Source of the DNA: Candidatus Poribacteria bacterium
GTDB lineage: Bacteria > Poribacteria > WGA-4E > WGA-3G
Direction of reading: 5' to 3'
NCBI GenBank assembly: GCA_965214095.1
Contig: OZ243938.1
Coordinates: 1,952,001 to 2,016,000 of the forward strand
DNA length: 64,000 bases
The notes under the pieces were generated by a model. The model was not told where the DNA came from, ran no database searches, and saw only the letters and a list, made by a program, of their open reading frames with translations. Positions within the stretch are counted from its first letter, which is position 1, and the number at the start of each line of letters is the position of its first letter. Of this stretch, positions 51,048 to 59,748 are shown piece after piece. The position numbers and the translations under genes were made by a program.

Positions 51048-51830
51048 ATGCGTAAATTTGTTTCGTTCTCAGTTGCCATCATGTTGATTGCAGTGATAGT
51101 GTTTTTTACACAAGCACAGCAGATGTCAGACAAAGCGCAACTTGGACGCGAACTATTCAATGACCCAACCTTTAAAGGAACTCTAAGCCCGGATGGAAAA
51201 AAAGCAGCAACTGGTCTTTCTTGTGCCAATTGCCATGCAGATTTTGATGAAACAGAAGAACCGGACGGATTGATTCGTGCTGGACATAGTGTCATCGGTG
51301 TTCCGAAGCGCGGTTCTGCAAAAGGTGGTATGATTTCAGGTGCTAATTTTGCCCGTGCCGCTGGCGGCGGCGGGTTCTGCTATGAGCATTTCCTACAAAG
51401 AGTTGCTCCTGCAGATGTTAAGCCAACAGCAATTCCAGAAGAACATGCTGAAGCACTTATGGCTTATTTTGAGGTTATAACTGGAGACAAAGAAGGTCCT
51501 CAGTTTGAAATCAAGATGTTAGATGATGATGCCAAAGCAGCAGCGGGTGAAAAAATTGCTGCTATGAAAGGCGATTCAAAGAATGGATGGCAGTTATTTG
51601 GACGCGCCTGCGCCGTTTGCCACCCTACACCGAAAAAAGCCGGCATCGGCACCCAACTCGTTAGAAGTAGAGCACCGCGTAATATAGATACAACTATGAC
51701 TCGGTGGGCAACGAAAATACGAGGTGGCGGATCACTTATGCCTTTCTATGCCTCTGATATCCTCAGCGATCAAGATATAGCAGACATTCTTGCATTTCTA
51801 CGCGAGTTAATGGAAGCTACAGCAAGATAA
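51048..51830 (+). CDS. Periplasmic diheme cytochrome c
   Basis: Signal peptide; CANCH and CAVCH; promoter TTGACA(50977)-17-TACACT. Confidence 0.85.
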   Translation: MRKFVSFSVAIMLIAVIVFFTQAQQMSDKAQLGRELFNDPTFKGTLSPDGKKAATGLSCANCHADFDETEEPDGLIRAGHSVIGVPKRGSAKGGMISGANFARAAGGGGFCYEHFLQRVAPADVKPTAIPEEHAEALMAYFEVITGDKEGPQFEIKMLDDDAKAAAGEKIAAMKGDSKNGWQLFGRACAVCHPTPKKAGIGTQLVRSRAPRNIDTTMTRWATKIRGGGSLMPFYASDILSDQDIADILAFLRELMEATAR

Positions 51831-51835
51831 CAATT

Positions 51836-51871
51836 AGATTTGGCAGGGATGACATTATTCCTGCCAAATTT
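51836..51871 (+). terminator. Hairpin terminator
   Basis: ATTTGGCAGG...CCTGCCAAAT stem after the stop codon. Confidence 0.55.
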
Positions 51872-52069
51872 CAATAATCTCGCTTTTCTTTGTAACCGTC
51901 TTCCGCTTTATCCGTATTAGTTAATGTGTGATTGTATCAAGACAAGCATTCCAAAATCTATGTCGAATTGTTGATTAGAACTGGAAGTATTTGTCTGATG
52001 AGATAAATCTCTCTTGGAGATTGTATGTTTGCGTGCTATTTCCAAGATAAAACTAAAGTGGAGGAAGTC

Positions 52070-52588
52070 ATGAGGACATCGCGATTTCTTAGATTATTCT
52101 GTTGTGTCTTTTTACTTTTCTCGGTTCTCTGTTTCTTAGGATGTGGTGGCAGCAATCTCAATAATCCTGTTTCTGACACCGATCAAACGGATGAAATCGG
52201 CGATGACATCGTTGAATTAGAAGGTAGCGAAAATGCTGTCGCTGAACAAACAGGTGAACTTGATGTGTCAGTTACCGTAACAAGAAAAACTGTGAAGCCG
52301 GGTGAACAAGTTGAGTTAACAGCGACGTTGGAAGGAGTTCTCGGAACAAACGTTGTAATAAATTGGCTTAATATTACAGGATATGGGACACTTTCCGCAA
52401 CTAACGAAACCCGTGTTACTTGGACAGCACCAGATACATTAGGTGATGATAATACTCGCGTGGAAGTTCTTCAACTTGTTGTGACTGTGATTAGCGAAGT
52501 TGTTTCGGTTGGTTCTACTGGCATAAAAACCGAAACACAGATTTTATCAGATACGAAAGAAATTTTACTACAAGTAGTTCGTGAATAA
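52070..52588 (+). CDS. Hypothetical lipoprotein (Ig-like)
   Basis: FLGC lipobox; GGAGG SD. Confidence 0.65.
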   Translation: MRTSRFLRLFCCVFLLFSVLCFLGCGGSNLNNPVSDTDQTDEIGDDIVELEGSENAVAEQTGELDVSVTVTRKTVKPGEQVELTATLEGVLGTNVVINWLNITGYGTLSATNETRVTWTAPDTLGDDNTRVEVLQLVVTVISEVVSVGSTGIKTETQILSDTKEILLQVVRE

Positions 52589-53052
52589 AAAAAAGGACTA
52601 AAAACACAAATACTTGTCATTTATATGTTGACAAAAAAATAGAAATACATACAATATACTGTACATCAGTCCGATATATTATTAAAATAGGGTTCAACTT
52701 ACTAAATAAATTGCACTTACAGATCAATTAAGATGTTTGTGTAGTTTTTAGTGGGTTCCTCCTCACACAGTTTGTCTATTCAATTTGTGCTACATTCATA
52801 TTTTTTCTGAGGCTTGATTTACCCTTTCATTTTATCGTGATGTCCAAATCCACTAATAATATATCAAATTGCGTTCTACAGCATAAAAATCAAATTGTTT
52901 AAACTTTACTATAACTTATTTGTCCAAACTATAGTAATACTTTATTTTCTATAACGAGGATTCATTTTTCTAACCAAATGCAAGGGTTATTTTATACTAT
53001 TTTTATTTATTCATAGGATAGGTCCTTGCACACATAATCTATTAGGAACGAA

Positions 53053-53865
53053 ATGAAGAGAGTAAATTTACATTTAGTTTTATCCGTTGTCTTGATGCTA
53101 ATAATTTCTGCATCTTGGACATCATCATGTATTGGAGAGTTACACCATGTTAAGAAGGGAGAGACGTTATCGGAAATTGCAAGAATATATGATGTGCCGA
53201 TGAAACGTATTGTCCAAACCAATAGTATTGCATCTATTGACCGATTACAAATCGGAGAGAAGTTATTAATACCAGTTGCATCTAAACCGGGAAATACTAA
53301 TGAGAATGCTGGAGGATCTTGGTACATCGTTAAACCTGGCGACTCATTATATGGTATCGCTCGAAAGCATAATATTGAAGATTGGAAAAAACTGCAGCAG
53401 ATAAATGGAATCTCTAATCCAAAACGGATAAAACCCGGTGATAGAATATTTCTCCCTGGTGAAGGGGATATCGGATTCGTAAAACCTCTACGAACTAAAA
53501 TGCATGTGACTTCACAATACGGTTACCGCAATCATCCTATCACAGGACGTTACCGTCTACATGAAGGTATAGATTTTCGTGCAGCAACTGGCACACGAGT
53601 TTATGCATCAAAAACCGGAACGATTACATACGCATCAAGAAAAGGGGGCTATGGTAAGACAATCAACATCCAACACGAAGATGATTTCAGCACAGCTTAT
53701 GGACACCTGTCCAGGATTTATGTTTCTGTCGGCGATTTTGTCAGACAAGGACAAGTTATTGGATTAACAGGAAGTTCCGGACATTCAACAGGTCCCCACC
53801 TCCATTTTGAAGTCAGATACAAAGGCAAAAGTGAAAACCCAGCTCGCTACCTTGATCTCCACTAA
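53053..53865 (+). CDS. LysM x2 + M23 peptidase
   Basis: VKKGETL, VKPGDSL, HEGID, TGPHLHFE. Confidence 0.92.
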   Translation: MKRVNLHLVLSVVLMLIISASWTSSCIGELHHVKKGETLSEIARIYDVPMKRIVQTNSIASIDRLQIGEKLLIPVASKPGNTNENAGGSWYIVKPGDSLYGIARKHNIEDWKKLQQINGISNPKRIKPGDRIFLPGEGDIGFVKPLRTKMHVTSQYGYRNHPITGRYRLHEGIDFRAATGTRVYASKTGTITYASRKGGYGKTINIQHEDDFSTAYGHLSRIYVSVGDFVRQGQVIGLTGSSGHSTGPHLHFEVRYKGKSENPARYLDLH

Positions 53866-53875
53866 ACGCAGAAAG

Positions 53876-55381
53876 TTGCTTAGAAACATCGTTCTTATCA
53901 TATTAGCGTGCGTTCTTTGTGGTAAGATTACACTTTCAGATACATCCAACAATCAACAAAATCAAGAAACACATCAACACCGCCCTGCAGTGGGTACGCG
54001 TGGTATCGGATTAAGCCGCTCTTATGTGAGTAGTGCAGACGATGCGACAAGTCCACTATGGAATCCCGCAGGACTTGCCTCTCTTGAGTCTGGGAATCTG
54101 ATCTATGATTTCTCGCAAGGTGCATTCTCCGTTGCATATCCGATCAAACATATAGGAACATTTGGTATTAACATACTTGATTTAAATGCATCTGATCGTT
54201 TTCTTGTCCACAACGTTTCCAATCCTATTGGCACATTTGAATATGGTTCTAATCAGGCATTATTCTCCTATGCAAGGAAGATCGGAGCATTACAACTTGG
54301 TGCAAGCACAGGATATAGTCGCGCCCCGTATATGAATAGTCTTTGGGCACCAAACTATGATGTCGGTGCGATAATGTCACTGCCGCATAACGTGGTCGTA
54401 GGAATGCACTTTCGCGATATTACTGGTGTTTCTATTCATGACGATACCAATATTCTGTTACAAACCTACGATCCACAGTTCGTTGTCGGAAGTACATTTA
54501 CACCACATCCATTAATCAAATGGCATTCATGCTTAAATGTTGTCCCATTGAGTTTTGGTACCAGTGTTGAATTTGTTACTGGTCCGTTTTCTGCAAATAT
54601 AGGTTCCTTCTTCTCTTCTAATCCCGACACACCGGCTCAGACTTGGAGTTTAGGACTCTGTTTCAACAAATGGGGAAAGCAGACCTATTATACATTTTTG
54701 AATGAAAATAACGACCAATATAAGCATCTTATCGCCTTCGGCTTCACATTTGGTGGCATTCAGGAAACGATAGGTGAAGTTAAGCCCCAAAGGGTTGGAC
54801 CTAAGACTACCGACACAACTACAAAGGTTACACCAAAAACCTCAGATACACCTAATGGAACTAAATCTGACCTTAGAGACAATACCTTACACATTACACC
54901 ACCTACGATAAAGAGAAGCATTCAAATTGCCAAAAAACACAATGTTTCAATGGAACTCATGCTTGCAATCATCTATGTTGAATCCAAATTCAATCCGGTT
55001 GCTGTGTCACCGACTGGGGCAGGTGGTTTGATGCAAATGGTCCCCGGAACCGCAAGGGGACTTGGTTTGAAGGTGCCGAAGTACTCAAATAAACTTAAAC
55101 CGAGCCTTGATGGTAGTGTTGATGAACGTTTCGACCCACAAAAGAATCTTGAGGCGGGGTTGATCTATTTCAATCAACTTCTGAGAAAATACCAAAATAA
55201 CCTTACATTAGCACTCGGGGCATATAATGTTGGTCCAGGTAGAGTTAAGGTTGGGGGTCCCCTAATAAGCAGGGGCAAAACTTATGCAAATTCAGTGATA
55301 AACCGTCGGGACCTCTATCGTCAAAATGTCAACCTATTAGAAACTGACTCTAAAAGATTAGAGATAATACTAAATCAGTAG
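53876..55381 (+). CDS. PorV-like beta-barrel fused to SLT lytic transglycosylase
   Basis: RGIGLS...DATSPLWNPAGL; Thr/Pro linker; ESKFNP, GLMQ, AYNVG; start uncertain (53807 or 53876). Confidence 0.72.
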   Translation: MLRNIVLIILACVLCGKITLSDTSNNQQNQETHQHRPAVGTRGIGLSRSYVSSADDATSPLWNPAGLASLESGNLIYDFSQGAFSVAYPIKHIGTFGINILDLNASDRFLVHNVSNPIGTFEYGSNQALFSYARKIGALQLGASTGYSRAPYMNSLWAPNYDVGAIMSLPHNVVVGMHFRDITGVSIHDDTNILLQTYDPQFVVGSTFTPHPLIKWHSCLNVVPLSFGTSVEFVTGPFSANIGSFFSSNPDTPAQTWSLGLCFNKWGKQTYYTFLNENNDQYKHLIAFGFTFGGIQETIGEVKPQRVGPKTTDTTTKVTPKTSDTPNGTKSDLRDNTLHITPPTIKRSIQIAKKHNVSMELMLAIIYVESKFNPVAVSPTGAGGLMQMVPGTARGLGLKVPKYSNKLKPSLDGSVDERFDPQKNLEAGLIYFNQLLRKYQNNLTLALGAYNVGPGRVKVGGPLISRGKTYANSVINRRDLYRQNVNLLETDSKRLEIILNQ

Positions 55382-55391
55382 GGAAGTAGTC

Positions 55392-56654
55392 ATGGAAACA
55401 ATTCGTCTTGCAATCGTTGGATGTGGCGGCATGGGACATCGCCACATGTATGGATTAGCAGAGCTCCATCGGGTAGGATGGAAAAGGTTTGATCTGGTCG
55501 GTGCGTGTGACCCTGTTATTGAAAATGCGGAATCTCTTGCGGAAAAAGCAGAGGAACGTTTCGGTAAAAAACCTACCGTTGTTGCAAACCTTGAAGAACT
55601 GGCTAAAATCGGTGTTGATGCTGTTGATGTCACAACAACCCCACCTTATCATCACACCGTTGCTGTTGAGACACTTGAGCGTGGATGGCACACTATGGTT
55701 GAAAAACCGATGGGGTTAACAGTTCGCGCATGCAACCTCATCTGTCGTGCTGCAGATAAATCGGATGCTGTTCTGAGTGTTGCAGAAAACTATCGACGTG
55801 ATCCTATAAATCGTCTTGCGAAGGCACTCCTTGATGCTGAGGTTATCGGAAAACCACGGTTTCTCATCCATCATGCGATAGGTGGATCAAACCGCATGCT
55901 TATCTCTGTGTGGCGGCATCAGAAAGATCAAAGCGGGGTTCTGCTTGATGTCGGCGTTCATTACGCAGATATGATTGAGTATCTACTTGGTGAGGTGGAA
56001 ACCGTTTTTGCAAAGACACGACTTCATGAACCGATCCGACATAATCCTGCTGCAGTGACAGGTGAATCAGGTTCAAATCCTGCGGGTGTTTATACAGAGT
56101 GGCAACGAAAAATGCCTGCTGAATTTGAGGCAACTGCGGAAGATGCAGCTTATGCAACCTTGACTTTCAAGAACGGCGTCGTTGGACAGTATATTGAAGA
56201 TCACGGTGCATGGGGACAAGGAAGTTGGCTCCGCAAAATCCACGGTTCACAAGGTTCTATGACCCTCCCCGGTGACCGGAGTGGGGGTGTTATCTCCTTA
56301 CAAATTGATGGTCACGGAACTATAAACGATGAGAAACTGTTAGATTTGGTCCCAGATTTTGAGCTTGATGCAGTTACCACTGACTTATTCGGCGGGAACC
56401 GTCTCTGGCAGTATGAATCCCAATTCGTTGATACAGACGCGAAGATTATTGCTATTGAATACGGTGATTTTGCTGAGGCTATCGCGGGTAACCATCCCAT
56501 TGAAGTTGATGCACATCAGGGGACCCGTTCCGTTGCGATCTCTTATGCTATGCTTGAATCCGGTGCAACCGGTCAGATCGTTCACATTGACAAAATGTTA
56601 GACGAAACGATTAATACCTATCAACGTGAGATTGACGATGGGTTAGGCATCTAA
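55392..56654 (+). CDS. Gfo/Idh/MocA oxidoreductase
   Basis: GCGGMG, EKPM, DVGVH. Confidence 0.9.
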   Translation: METIRLAIVGCGGMGHRHMYGLAELHRVGWKRFDLVGACDPVIENAESLAEKAEERFGKKPTVVANLEELAKIGVDAVDVTTTPPYHHTVAVETLERGWHTMVEKPMGLTVRACNLICRAADKSDAVLSVAENYRRDPINRLAKALLDAEVIGKPRFLIHHAIGGSNRMLISVWRHQKDQSGVLLDVGVHYADMIEYLLGEVETVFAKTRLHEPIRHNPAAVTGESGSNPAGVYTEWQRKMPAEFEATAEDAAYATLTFKNGVVGQYIEDHGAWGQGSWLRKIHGSQGSMTLPGDRSGGVISLQIDGHGTINDEKLLDLVPDFELDAVTTDLFGGNRLWQYESQFVDTDAKIIAIEYGDFAEAIAGNHPIEVDAHQGTRSVAISYAMLESGATGQIVHIDKMLDETINTYQREIDDGLGI

Positions 56655-56770
56655 TGCCAAATCTATAAATGATATTCCCATTTTAGTTGGAATGTAAGAG
56701 GCGCAATGAATTGCGCGACTACGAACCAACTATCTCTTTAATGGTATGTTCTTTTTTTGATATGGTATAA
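56655..56770. mobile_element. MITE-like element with core GGCGCAATGAATTGCGCGACTAC
   Basis: Homologous to 59430-59530. Confidence 0.6.
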
Positions 56771-56798
56771 CATTCCATACATTTCTATTTCACAACAC

Positions 56799-57863
56799 AT
56801 GGCAACATTACAAGATTTCGGAATCGGTCTAATAGGATTAGGCATCGGGCAGCAGCACTTGCTCGGCTATCAAAGCAGAGACTTACGTGTCATTGCGATT
56901 TGCGATAAAGATGAAGAACGATTAGGCAACGTTGGTGATAGATTTGGCATCAACAGAAGGTATACTCGCATTGCCGATCTGATAGATGATTCCGATGTTG
57001 ATATAGTTGATATGGCTGTGCACCCATGGATACGTTTGCCTATCGTAAGTGCCGCCGCACAAGCAGGAAAGCACATTTTCTGCCAAAAACCCTTTTCCAT
57101 GACAATGCAACAAGCGATTGAGATGGTAGAAATCTGCGAGAGACACAATGTGCAACTCATGGTCAACCAAAACTCATGCTTTGTTCCCGGTTTCCTCGCT
57201 ATTGACCCGTTCATTGACACCGATCATCTCGGTGAAATCTATCATGTATCTATTACCTGTAACGGGTTTTATACTGGATACCCCGGCAAACATCTCATCC
57301 CAGTTATGCAAGTGCATCACATTAGTCTTATCCACAAATGGTTTGGAGAATTTGAAAGTGTCTACTGCCAAGCACACGGACACAGTCGTTCCATTGAGAT
57401 AGGTGAAACGATGTCAGTCGCGCAGTTCAAATGTCGTAACGGTATCAAAGGACTACTTTCATGTAACTGGTCATTCCTTGCAAATTCAGGACACAACCTT
57501 CAACACCCGCACGAAGAAATCCGTATTCAAGGTACAAAAGGGGCAATCTACGGTAATAGTGCGGATATGACAGTCCATCTCACAGAACCCGATACAAATG
57601 TAATTAAACCTGAGATAAATGGGGTTTGGTTTCCTGATGCTTTCGGCAATTCTATGGTTCATTTTATTGAATGCCTGTTATCAGGGAGAAAGCCGCTTAC
57701 AGATGGACGCAGCAACCTTCACACCATCCAAACTATTTTCGCCCTGTACCAATCCGCTTTGACAGAGCAGGTCGTAATGATTGACGACATTTCACTTGAT
57801 GGAGACTACGACATAAGTCCCTATCCTGTGCATCCTGCCGATGACATTTCCATCTTATACTAA
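56799..57863 (+). CDS. Gfo/Idh/MocA oxidoreductase
   Basis: GLGIG, GKHIFCQKP. Confidence 0.88.
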   Translation: MATLQDFGIGLIGLGIGQQHLLGYQSRDLRVIAICDKDEERLGNVGDRFGINRRYTRIADLIDDSDVDIVDMAVHPWIRLPIVSAAAQAGKHIFCQKPFSMTMQQAIEMVEICERHNVQLMVNQNSCFVPGFLAIDPFIDTDHLGEIYHVSITCNGFYTGYPGKHLIPVMQVHHISLIHKWFGEFESVYCQAHGHSRSIEIGETMSVAQFKCRNGIKGLLSCNWSFLANSGHNLQHPHEEIRIQGTKGAIYGNSADMTVHLTEPDTNVIKPEINGVWFPDAFGNSMVHFIECLLSGRKPLTDGRSNLHTIQTIFALYQSALTEQVVMIDDISLDGDYDISPYPVHPADDISILY

Positions 57864-57869
57864 CAAGGT

Positions 57870-57972
57870 TATAGTAGATTTTGAAATTACTTAAACACTC
57901 TGCATCGGCGAGGTTAGGAAACCTCGCCTACCGTGGGTCGAAAGTGTCAACTTATATTTATAATTCACTATA
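57870..57972. mobile_element. Copy of the 103-bp TATAGT...ACTATA element
   Basis: Near-identical to 17458-17560. Confidence 0.8.
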
Positions 57973-58052
57973 ATTATCTAAGCCAAGATTCTGAGAATCC
58001 TGATCCAGACGATTTGCTAATTTTTGCGGGTAAATACGGGAGTGAAAAAAGA

Positions 58053-58127
<75 letters not shown>

Positions 58128-58140
58128 CAAGGAAGAAATA

Positions 58141-58227
58141 TGGTCGAGGAGGGACTTGAACCCTCACGCTTGTGTTAGAAGCGATGGATTTTAAGTCCAT
58201 TGTGTCTACCGATTCCACCACTCGACC
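58141..58227 (-). tRNA. tRNA-Leu (TAA)
   Basis: Long variable arm; loop CTTAAAA; promoter TTGACA(58272)-17-TATACT. Confidence 0.93.
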
Positions 58228-58300
58228 CCATGGATGATATAATAGTATACACAATATAGGAGACGTTGTCAACTTTTTTATCTTATTCACAGGACTATTT

Positions 58301-58444
58301 ATGGTAAATTATTGAATTAATTATACACATTGATCAGACGAGGTTAGGAAACCTCGCCTACCGTTGATAGAAATGGTAAATTATTGAATTAATTATACAC
58401 ATTGATCAGACGAGGTTAGGAAACCTCGCCTACCGTTGATAGAA
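58301..58444. repeat. Perfect 72-bp tandem duplication containing a REP-like core
   Basis: 58301-58372 is identical to 58373-58444. Confidence 0.9.
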
Positions 58445-58764
58445 AGCGTAGATATAATTATATGCTTCACCATAGTTTTAGGATGTTCTGCTATATTTCA
58501 TTACAAACGTGAATTGATGTGAGATACGATTTCGCTTGTGAGTACGACACATGGTAGTAGACACGCTGCGCGTGCCATCCAAACGTGAATGGGAACGACA
58601 CACGTAGTGTTTGGATTTAAAACGAACATTTTTTGAATAGACTTGACTAAACAAACGAAACTACATTAGAACACTCTTGCAGCAATGGTATTGTTATGCA
58701 ATGGAGTGTTTCACATTTACTGTAATTTTGAACTAATTTTTGACTATAAATTTAGGAGAATGAA

Positions 58765-59316
58765 ATGAGAAAGAAATTTTTTGCAATCGGTACAATCGCA
58801 CTTATGACAGTAGTCAGTCTATTCATATTTGAACATGTGACAGACGCACAGCGTCCGGACAGAAATGCACAGCCAGGACAAAATCAACGGGGTGGTAACC
58901 GTGGTGGTATGGACATGACGAGAATGACAAATCCGACAAGCATCGCTGATAACTCGTGGTTGGATTTGACATTCAAAGTGAAAGTTGATGACGAGACCCT
59001 CGTGAAAGCTCGTCCTATATATGCAGCGACCCGAGAGAAATTTGAAAAGAAGATGACAGAAGTTCGAGAATCCCAAGATATGCGAACGGCAATGCAAGAG
59101 ATGCAGACCTATATTGGTACTGTTGGTAGAGAATTTCAAACAGAACTGAAGAAGGTGTTATCTGAGGAACAGATGACGCAACTCAATAAGTTAACGAAAG
59201 AACGTCAGATTCAGGAACAGGAACGTCGTAATAGGTTCCGTGGTGGACAACAACGCGGTGGACAAGGCGGACAAGGTGGACAAGGTGGACAACGCGGTCA
59301 ACGTCCTACTCAGTAA
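58765..59316 (+). CDS. Secreted helical hypothetical protein with Gly/Gln-rich tail
   Basis: Signal peptide; VLSEEQ motif (LTxxQ/Spy-like); GGQ repeats. Confidence 0.7.
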   Translation: MRKKFFAIGTIALMTVVSLFIFEHVTDAQRPDRNAQPGQNQRGGNRGGMDMTRMTNPTSIADNSWLDLTFKVKVDDETLVKARPIYAATREKFEKKMTEVRESQDMRTAMQEMQTYIGTVGREFQTELKKVLSEEQMTQLNKLTKERQIQEQERRNRFRGGQQRGGQGGQGGQGGQRGQRPTQ

Positions 59317-59382
59317 TGTAAAGGAAATTCAGTTCGCTTGCAAAGTGTCTATTGTTTGTAGGTAAGTTCTATCAGCAAATTA

Positions 59383-59409
59383 GGTCGGGTGTTTCACCCG
59401 ACCTTTTTT
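59383..59409 (+). terminator. Rho-independent terminator
   Basis: GGTCGGGTG-TTT-CACCCGACC followed by a T run. Confidence 0.75.
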
Positions 59410-59429
59410 GTTGCCATTATTCCTGTTTG

Positions 59430-59748
59430 TACCAAATCTAGAATGATTTTCACTTTTTTATTTGAATGTAAGAGGCGCAATGAATTGCGCGACTACGAAC
59501 CAACTATTTCTTTATTGGTATATTCTCTATTATACCATTTCTATAAATGTTTATCCCATTATAGTAGATTTTGAAATTACTTGAACACTCTGCATAGACG
59601 AGGTTAGGAAACCTCGCCTACCGTGGGGCGAAAGTGTCAACCTATATTTATAATTCACTATCACATTTATTAAGAATGTCTTGAACGACTGCACAAACTG
59701 GCAGTTTGTGCTACAAAAATGCGGTGTTTTCAATTAGAAATGGTATTA
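59430..59748. mobile_element. Stack of three MITE/REP elements
   Basis: 56655-type element, then a 41247-type element interrupted by a 17458-type element. Confidence 0.75.

Noticed and set aside
58301-58444. Possible CRISPR array
   Set aside because: Two identical units with no unique spacers and no cas genes
59236-59305. GGACAA-type tandem repeats
   Set aside because: Coding low-complexity Gly/Gln tail
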